In this document: positions 57,427-64,000 of the stretch, piece by piece
Layout of the letters: every line of letters starts with the position of its first letter
Numbering within the stretch: position 1 is the first letter of the stretch
NCBI GenBank assembly: GCA_021796215.1
Contig: JAJYOK010000001.1
Location: 6,934-70,933 of the forward strand
Length of the DNA: 64,000 bases
Source: Bacteroidota bacterium
GTDB taxonomy: Bacteria; Bacteroidota; Ignavibacteria; UBA10030; UBA8401
Direction of reading: 5' to 3'
Translations under genes and position numbers: made by a program
The notes under the pieces: generated by a model
Database searches by the model: none
What the model was told of the DNA's origin: nothing
Seen by the model: only the letters and a program-made list of their open reading frames with translations

Positions 57427-58437
57427 ATGGCTCAACGACCCCAATTGAAAATCCCTTCGGGATTTGTTATCGGTATTGACGGCGGCGGCACCAAAACAGC
57501 CGCAATTATAGCAAATCTTCACGGCGACATTCTCGCGGAACACACGGCAGGACCTTCAAATTTCCAGATCATCGGTGTGGAAGAAACAGCACGAGTCCTT
57601 TTTTCATTGATCCATTCGTGTTGTGATTCTGTCGGCTGTGCAGTTGGCGATATTTCTGCAATGACCATTGGCTTGACCGGAGCAGGCCGTCCGGTTGACC
57701 AACAACGAATGAAAGACGGTTTTCTGCAATATGCGGCGCAAAAAAAGAATCGCCTGCGCGGTGTAAAGATTGAAAGCGATGCGCGCATTGCTTTGGAAGG
57801 CGCGTTCAAAGGCGGCGCAGGAATTATTCTGATTGCCGGAACCGGCTCCATTGCCTTCGGAAAAGATGCGAAAGGAAATGTACATCGCGTCGGCGGATGG
57901 GGAAGAATTTTGGGAGATGAGGGAAGCGGATATTTTATCGGCAAAGCCGGGATGAGTGCGGTGACGCGGCACCTTGACAGCCGCACGCCTGCAACAAAAC
58001 TTTCTGCACTTGTGGCGAAAAAATTCGGATTCAAAAATCAAACCGATATTATCGCGGCAGTGTATAAGAATAATTTCGATCTTGCTTCAGTTGCGCCGCT
58101 GGTGCTGAACGCCGCCGAGAGAGGCGACCGTATTTGTCAGGCGATTGTAAATATTGCTGTTATAGAATTGGAAACGCATGTGTGCGCGCTGCTGACAAAG
58201 CTGCACACAAATTCCCGCCGTACCGTCAGGCAAAAATTGCCATTGACGTTTATCGGCGGATTGATTGCTAATGAAACGCTGCTGGCGAAGCTTTTGCGCA
58301 AACGTCTTGCCGAAGCGCTGCCGGAAATTCAAATCATCAAGCCAATGGCGCCGCCGGTATATGGCGCGGTGATTATGTCGCTCAGCAATTACCCACCACG
58401 AAGTCACAAAGACACAAAGATAATTGGAGTACAATGA
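57427..58437 (+). CDS. BadF/BadG/BcrA/BcrD family ATPase (N-acetylglucosamine/MurNAc kinase-like)
   Basis: IGIDGGGTKT, SDA..AL, LIAGTGS, RVGGWG..LGDEGSG. Confidence 0.9.
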   Translation: MAQRPQLKIPSGFVIGIDGGGTKTAAIIANLHGDILAEHTAGPSNFQIIGVEETARVLFSLIHSCCDSVGCAVGDISAMTIGLTGAGRPVDQQRMKDGFLQYAAQKKNRLRGVKIESDARIALEGAFKGGAGIILIAGTGSIAFGKDAKGNVHRVGGWGRILGDEGSGYFIGKAGMSAVTRHLDSRTPATKLSALVAKKFGFKNQTDIIAAVYKNNFDLASVAPLVLNAAERGDRICQAIVNIAVIELETHVCALLTKLHTNSRRTVRQKLPLTFIGGLIANETLLAKLLRKRLAEALPEIQIIKPMAPPVYGAVIMSLSNYPPRSHKDTKIIGVQ

Positions 58438-61334
58438 TGAGAATATTGATTGCCGTTTTTTTTAGTTTCCTGATGCTTGAACTCGGCTGTAGTTCACAAA
58501 ATTCAATTGCTGAAAAGAATGAAACAGAGCCTGCGGTTGCTTCTCAGAATCAGCCGAAAGCTTCACCACAAATCAGTCCCAATGGTGGTTACAATTGGGC
58601 GGATTCGATTCTTCAGCATTTAACGCTGGAACAGAAAGTCGCCCAGCTTGTGGTTGTATGGACGGAAGGAAAATACTTACCACGTGAATCTGATGAATGG
58701 CGCGAGTTAGAACGGCTGACGACCGAACGCAAATTGGGAGGCTTTGTCTTTTCCATCGGCGATGTATATGAATACGCAGTTCAGATCAACAAATTGCAGA
58801 AGCGTGCCGACGTTCCGCTGCTGATCGCTTCCGATTTTGAATACGGTCCAGGCATGCGCGTCAGAAATTCAACGACGTTTCCAAACGCAATGGCAATCGG
58901 CGCGACGCGCGATGTGAATTTCGCATACGAAGCAGGAAAATATACTGCCGAAGAAGCGCGTGCGCTCGGCGTTGAACAAAATTATGCGCCCGTGGTTGAT
59001 GTCAATAATAATCCGAAAAACCCTGTCATCAATACGCGTTCGTTCGGCGACAATGTGCAATTGGTTTCCGATATGTCGGCGGCATTTGTGAAAGGAACGC
59101 AGGACGGCGGCGTGATCGCGACGGTGAAACATTTTCCGGGCCACGGCGACAGCGACATTGATACGCATCTTGCGCTGCCGGTTATTCGCTTCAGCAAAGC
59201 GGAATTTGATTCTGTGGAGCTGGTGCCGTTTAAGAATGCATTTGCTTCCGGCGCCATGTCGGTAATGGTCGGACACATTTCGGCTCCGGCGTTTGATTCT
59301 GTGGAAGGAATTCCCGGCACTGTTTCGCCAAACATCACGACGAAATTGTTGAAAGATGAAATGGGATTCAAAGGACTGGTGGTTACCGATGCAATGCGGA
59401 TGCGCGGCGTTGCTTCAACATACGCGCCCGGCGAGGCGGCAGTTGATGCGATCAAAGCGGGCAATGATCTTGTTTTGATGCCGGTGAATGTTGATGCCGC
59501 CATTAATGCGCTTGCCAAAGCTGTAAGGAGCGGGGAGATTTCTGAATCACGCATAGACGAATCGGTGCGCAAGCTTCTCCAATACAAACAGTGGGCTGGG
59601 CTTGATAAAAATCGTTTTGTTGACGTTGACAAAGTATTCGATGTTGTCGGCAATGAAGAACACAAAATGCTTGCGCGGGAAATAGCACGAAAGTCAATTA
59701 CCGTGCTTGGCAATAAGAATGGCGTGCTTCCTCTTTCTGAAACAGGAACTGAACGAATATTGGATGTTTCCTTTTCTGATACCGACGATCCTTCGATTGG
59801 CAGAACATTGCAATACGAGTTGCGCCGCCGGAGAGATAATGTCCAATTCGCGCTGATAGACAGACGCAGCAACAAGCTCGATTACGACGCGGTTCTTGAC
59901 AAAGCATCGCATGCCGATCTTATTTTCTGTCAGTTCCATTTCTACACACGTTCCGGCGAGATGACGGGCTTCATTCCGAAAGCGCAAAGCGACCTCATCA
60001 ATAAATTGATCGGATTAAACAAGCCGATCATCGGAGCGTCTTTCGGCAATCCGTATGTTGTGATGGATTTTCCGAAAATCGAAACGTATGTTTGTGCATA
60101 CGGAGGTTCGGAGGAATCCATTCGCGCTGCGGTACAAGTGATGTTTGCCGAAGCGCCCGCGGAAGGAAAACTTCCGATTACAATTCCCGGCGTGTATAAT
60201 TATGGAGACGGCGTGACGTATCAGCAAACTGTTCTGCGCAGAGGAGAACCGGAGGATGTCGGATTTGATCCCGACAAATTGCGTAAGGTTGACGATATTG
60301 TTGAAACGGCAATTGAAGATTCGGCGTTTCCCGGAGCGACGCTGCTTGTAGCAAAAGACGGAGTGATCGTGTGGAATAAAGCGTACGGCACATACGATTA
60401 TTCCGAAAATTCACAGCTTGTTGACGTTAACTCAATGTATGATCTCGCTTCCGTCACAAAAGTGATTGCGACAACAAGTGCGGTGATGCGTTTGTATGAC
60501 GAAGGGAAATTGAAACTCGACGATCCGGTGATAAAATACATTCCACAGTTCGGTCAAAACGGGAAAGAACACATCACCTTGTACAATTTACTTGTTCACG
60601 ACAGCGGCTTGCCGGCGTGGATTCGTTTTTATGATTTCTGCAACGATCCACAGTGCGTGCTCGATTCTGTGTATGCCGCAAAGCTTGTTTATAAAACCGG
60701 CGACTCGTCCGTGTACAGCGACCTTGGGTTGATCACAATGGGAAAAGTGATTGAAAAAATTTCCGGCACGACGCTCGACCGTTATGTGGATTCTGTTTTC
60801 TTCAAGCCTCTTGGAATGACGAGCACAATGTATAATCCGCCGGCAGATTTGATTCCGCGGATTGCACCGACAGAGGTTGACAACTACTGGAAAAAAACAG
60901 ACGTTGCTGTACGCGGAAGAGTGCATGATGAAAATGCAGCAACACTCGGCGGCGTTTCAGGACACGCGGGACTTTTTTCAACGACGTCCGACCTTGCAAT
61001 TCTTTTACAAATGGAATTGAACGGCGGGACGTACGGCGGTGTTCGATATATCAAAGAAGCAACGCTAAAGAAATTCATTGCACGACAGTCGTCACTCAGC
61101 ACACGAGGAATCGGCTGGGATACGAAAAGCCCGCATCATTCATGGGCAGGAAAATTGATGTCGGACAGTACATTCCTGCATACCGGATTTACCGGCACAT
61201 CGGTTGCTGTTGATCCGACGCGGAATTTGATTGTGGTTTTTTTAACGAATCGTGTCAATCCAACGCGAGATAATACCAAGATTTTTCGCGTGCGGCCGAT
61301 GCTGCATGATGCAATTGTACGAGCGTTGAAGTAA
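58434..61334 (+). CDS. GH3 beta-N-acetylglucosaminidase fused to a beta-lactamase-family serine hydrolase (NagZ-AmiE-like lipoprotein)
   Basis: Lipobox ELGC; KHFPGHG..D.DTH and VTDAM.M (GH3 NagZ-type); ASVTK, YSD, HTGFTG (SxxK hydrolase). Confidence 0.9.
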   Translation: MMRILIAVFFSFLMLELGCSSQNSIAEKNETEPAVASQNQPKASPQISPNGGYNWADSILQHLTLEQKVAQLVVVWTEGKYLPRESDEWRELERLTTERKLGGFVFSIGDVYEYAVQINKLQKRADVPLLIASDFEYGPGMRVRNSTTFPNAMAIGATRDVNFAYEAGKYTAEEARALGVEQNYAPVVDVNNNPKNPVINTRSFGDNVQLVSDMSAAFVKGTQDGGVIATVKHFPGHGDSDIDTHLALPVIRFSKAEFDSVELVPFKNAFASGAMSVMVGHISAPAFDSVEGIPGTVSPNITTKLLKDEMGFKGLVVTDAMRMRGVASTYAPGEAAVDAIKAGNDLVLMPVNVDAAINALAKAVRSGEISESRIDESVRKLLQYKQWAGLDKNRFVDVDKVFDVVGNEEHKMLAREIARKSITVLGNKNGVLPLSETGTERILDVSFSDTDDPSIGRTLQYELRRRRDNVQFALIDRRSNKLDYDAVLDKASHADLIFCQFHFYTRSGEMTGFIPKAQSDLINKLIGLNKPIIGASFGNPYVVMDFPKIETYVCAYGGSEESIRAAVQVMFAEAPAEGKLPITIPGVYNYGDGVTYQQTVLRRGEPEDVGFDPDKLRKVDDIVETAIEDSAFPGATLLVAKDGVIVWNKAYGTYDYSENSQLVDVNSMYDLASVTKVIATTSAVMRLYDEGKLKLDDPVIKYIPQFGQNGKEHITLYNLLVHDSGLPAWIRFYDFCNDPQCVLDSVYAAKLVYKTGDSSVYSDLGLITMGKVIEKISGTTLDRYVDSVFFKPLGMTSTMYNPPADLIPRIAPTEVDNYWKKTDVAVRGRVHDENAATLGGVSGHAGLFSTTSDLAILLQMELNGGTYGGVRYIKEATLKKFIARQSSLSTRGIGWDTKSPHHSWAGKLMSDSTFLHTGFTGTSVAVDPTRNLIVVFLTNRVNPTRDNTKIFRVRPMLHDAIVRALK

Positions 61335-61351
61335 CGAATGGTGTAGTCAAA

Positions 61352-61528
61352 ATGGAAAAGAAGAAAACCACCACAAAACAAAAGAAGATAAAAATCCGCG
61401 GCATGGCAGCGCTTAATGGTTACCGTTCAATAACAGCGGAAGAGCTGCGTGATTTAAAAAAAATGACCAGGAAAGAATCGATCGAGCAAACAGAGATTCT
61501 GCTTCGGGCGGCAAAATGGATGAAATGA
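61352..61528 (+). CDS. 58-aa basic hypothetical protein (putative antitoxin/partner), not in ORF track
   Basis: Manual translation MEKKKTTTKQKKIKIRGMAALNGYRSITAEELRDLKKMTRKESIEQTEILLRAAKWMK; overlaps the next start by 13 nt. Confidence 0.55.
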   Translation: MEKKKTTTKQKKIKIRGMAALNGYRSITAEELRDLKKMTRKESIEQTEILLRAAKWMK

Positions 61529-62079
61529 TCACAACGCTCAACGAAGAGCTTCATTTGAAAAAGATTCCCTATGTTGTCATTGGAGGGATTGCTGCTTCAT
61601 TGTTGGGAAAACCTCGAATGACAATGGATTCTGATATTGTTATAGTGCTTGATAACGCAAAGGTTCCTGAATTTATCCACGGTATGAGACAGCGAGGGTT
61701 TAGTGTCAGCGCTTCCTCTGAACCGAAAATCATTTCACGACTCCAACGTGGCTTGCCGGTAAAATTGCGGTACAGGAAACATTTTTCTGTTGATGTACGG
61801 ATCGCACATTATTCGTTGGATACCAATGCGATCCGGAGGGCAAAATCTTATCATCTTTTCAGTGTGCGTCTTCCGATTGCAAGCCCTGAAGATTTGGTAG
61901 CGTTCAAGATTGCCCGCTTTAATGCACTTGACCAGAGTGATATCCAAGCGATTTTTGCTAAGCAGCCAAAAATTGACAAGAGTTACTTACGCATTGCGGC
62001 CGAACAGCTTGTTGATGAAACAGGAAACGCTCAGATACAAAGCAACCTCGAGGTCGCTCTTGGTTGGTTGAAAAAGTAA
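61516..62079 (+). CDS. Nucleotidyltransferase (AbiEii/DUF6036-like)
   Basis: YVVIGG.A....G.PR.T.D.D, ASPEDL...K, D..DI. Confidence 0.82.
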   Translation: MDEMITTLNEELHLKKIPYVVIGGIAASLLGKPRMTMDSDIVIVLDNAKVPEFIHGMRQRGFSVSASSEPKIISRLQRGLPVKLRYRKHFSVDVRIAHYSLDTNAIRRAKSYHLFSVRLPIASPEDLVAFKIARFNALDQSDIQAIFAKQPKIDKSYLRIAAEQLVDETGNAQIQSNLEVALGWLKK

Positions 62080-62100
62080 TGAATGAAAGGAAAATAAACA

Positions 62101-63657
62101 ATGGCTATCTCTCAATTTAAAAATGAACCGTTGACAGATTTTTCCAAGCCGGCAAATCGAAAGGCGATGGAGAAAGCTCTTGCCAAAGTGCGGTCGGAAT
62201 TTGAAAAAGAATATCCGATCGTGATTGGCGGCGAGGAAATTCGCACCGTGGACAAGTTGAATTCCTACAATCCGTCGAAGTCAGGCGAGATTGTCGGCGT
62301 GTTTCAGAAAGCAGATGCGGATATCGCTTTGCGCGCAATCGGAGCTGCAGAAAAGACATTTGCTGAATGGAAAAATGTTGATCCGAAAAAACGCGCCGAA
62401 TATCTTTTCAAAGCAGCAGCGTTGATGCGAAAGCGAAAGCATGAATTCAGTGCAGCGATGGTTTACGAGGTTGGCAAAACATGGCCCGAAGCTGACGCCG
62501 ATACTGCCGAAGCGATAGACTTTCTTGAATTCTATGCGCGCGAAATGGTGCGCCTCGGCGGACCGCAGCCTGTGACAAAAATTCCTGCCGAGAAAAGCGA
62601 ATTGTGGTACATTCCTCTCGGTGTCGGTGTTGTTGTTCCGCCATGGAATTTTGCCCTCGCCATTCTTACCGGCATGAGTTCTGCCGCAGTCGTTTCCGGC
62701 AACACAATTGTTCTGAAACCATCGAGCGATTCGCCGCTTACCGGATGGAAATATTTTTCGCTTATGCACGAAGTCGGATTGCCCGATGGCGTTATCAATT
62801 TCATTACTGGACCGGGTGGATCTGTTGGCGATACACTTGTTGCACATCCGAAGACGCGCTTTGTCTCGTTCACCGGCTCAAAGGAAGTCGGCATTCACAT
62901 CAACGAGCTTGCGGCGAAAGTGCAGCCGGGGCAGCGCTGGTTGAAACGCGTTGTTGCCGAAATGGGCGGAAAAGATACCATTGTCATTGACGACCAAACC
63001 GATCTTGAGGCGGCGGCGCAGGCAACTGTCGTTTCAGCATTCGGATTCCAAGGGCAAAAATGTTCCGCCGCATCGCGTGTTGTTGTCGTTGAAAGCGTGT
63101 ACGACAAGTTTATTGACCTCCTTCGTGAAAAGACGGATAAAATTAAAGTCGGTTCTGCCGATGACTCGGGGAATTACATGGGACCGGTTGTTAATCAGGG
63201 CGCGGAGGAAAAGATTCTGCGCTATATTCAAAAAGGAATTGAAGAAGGCGGGCGCGTGATTTCCGGCGGTGCGAAAGCGGACGGCGACGGTTACTTCCTT
63301 CGTCCGACAATTATCGCCGATGTTGATCCGAATGCGACGATTGCACAGGAAGAAATTTTCGGGCCGGTACTTGCGGTGATCAAAGCAAAAGATTTTGATG
63401 ATGCGCTCAACATTGCCAACAATACGGAATATGGTTTGACCGGCGGCGTATGGACGAAAAACCGAAAGAAGATTGAAAAAGCAAAAAAAATATTTCACGT
63501 CGGCAATTTTTATGTGAACAGGAAAATTACCGGTGCGTTGGTCGGCGTTCATCCGTTCGGCGGATTCAATATGTCCGGAACGGATTCAAAAGCCGGCGGA
63601 CGGGATTATTTATTGCTCTTCACGCAGGCGAAATCGCTTTCAGAAAAAATTAAATGA
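62101..63657 (+). CDS. pruA: L-glutamate gamma-semialdehyde (P5C) dehydrogenase
   Basis: FKNEP.TDF, PPWNF, FTGS, EMGGK, FGFQGQKCSA, EEIFGP, PFGGFNMSGT. Confidence 0.94.
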   Translation: MAISQFKNEPLTDFSKPANRKAMEKALAKVRSEFEKEYPIVIGGEEIRTVDKLNSYNPSKSGEIVGVFQKADADIALRAIGAAEKTFAEWKNVDPKKRAEYLFKAAALMRKRKHEFSAAMVYEVGKTWPEADADTAEAIDFLEFYAREMVRLGGPQPVTKIPAEKSELWYIPLGVGVVVPPWNFALAILTGMSSAAVVSGNTIVLKPSSDSPLTGWKYFSLMHEVGLPDGVINFITGPGGSVGDTLVAHPKTRFVSFTGSKEVGIHINELAAKVQPGQRWLKRVVAEMGGKDTIVIDDQTDLEAAAQATVVSAFGFQGQKCSAASRVVVVESVYDKFIDLLREKTDKIKVGSADDSGNYMGPVVNQGAEEKILRYIQKGIEEGGRVISGGAKADGDGYFLRPTIIADVDPNATIAQEEIFGPVLAVIKAKDFDDALNIANNTEYGLTGGVWTKNRKKIEKAKKIFHVGNFYVNRKITGALVGVHPFGGFNMSGTDSKAGGRDYLLLFTQAKSLSEKIK

Positions 63658-63666
63658 CAGATTGCT

Positions 63667-64000
63667 ATGACTGAATTCGGTGTGGGCGGAAATCAGCTCC
63701 AAGGGAGTTTTCAACTTGAAAATATCGGGCTGAGAAATCTCGGCAACGCGTACTGGAATCTTTCCACGCCGGCATTGTATGAAGAAATTGTCCGCCGCCG
63801 TGAAGGAAGCATTGCACATTTAGGCCCGCTTGTTGTTCACACAGGACATCACACTGGCCGGTCACCGAAAGATAAATTCATTGTGAAAGAATCGTCGTGC
63901 GCTGACAAAGTGAATTGGGGTTCGATCAACCAGCCGCTCGACGAAGAGAAGTTCAATCTGTTATTTGCGCGATTAAGCGCATTCTTGCAGGGACGCGACG
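63667..64000 (+). CDS. pckA: Phosphoenolpyruvate carboxykinase (ATP), 5' part
   Basis: Manual translation ...WNLSTPALYEE...GPLVVHTGHHTGRSPKDKFIV; runs off the window. Confidence 0.92.
   Translation, partial: MTEFGVGGNQLQGSFQLENIGLRNLGNAYWNLSTPALYEEIVRRREGSIAHLGPLVVHTGHHTGRSPKDKFIVKESSCADKVNWGSINQPLDEEKFNLLFARLSAFLQGRD

Noticed and set aside
1-64000. CRISPR array, tRNA or rRNA genes
   Set aside because: No regularly spaced repeat-spacer units, cloverleaf motifs or rRNA signatures recognised; intergenic spaces are short

Overview
64-kb window from a bacterium of the FCB group, most likely Ignavibacteria-like. This is inferred from four T9SS C-terminal sorting domains of the QN(Y/F)PNPFNP type and a futalosine-type menaquinone pathway. 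Core blocks: M16 peptidase-ald-nuoGHI-comM-menG-mqnD; a minus-strand mqnP/ubiX/ubiD/mqnE-mqnA fusion/TIR-like/mqnC operon; a GT2-GNAT-DUF4922-SpoIID-four-helix-bundle-ampG cluster followed by a BadF-type sugar kinase and a GH3/serine-hydrolase fusion (probable cell-wall recycling); pruA and the start of pckA. Accessory content: secreted hydrolases, an expansin, an ORF6N gene bracketed by two 109-bp promoter-plus-structured-RNA repeats, an integrase-less integron cassette array (two attC sites, two PD-(D/E)XK nuclease-like cassettes), a frameshifted HEPN-like gene between REP palindromes, an orphan RHS toxin/immunity cluster, and a small-ORF/nucleotidyltransferase pair. The window has many tiny repeat elements: REP-like palindromes, some inserted in-frame into proteins, and 7- and 8-bp periodic inverted-repeat elements, one of which encloses a four-helix-bundle gene. 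No rRNA, tRNA, CRISPR array, integrase or transposase was seen. All family assignments come from motif recognition by eye, not database searches.
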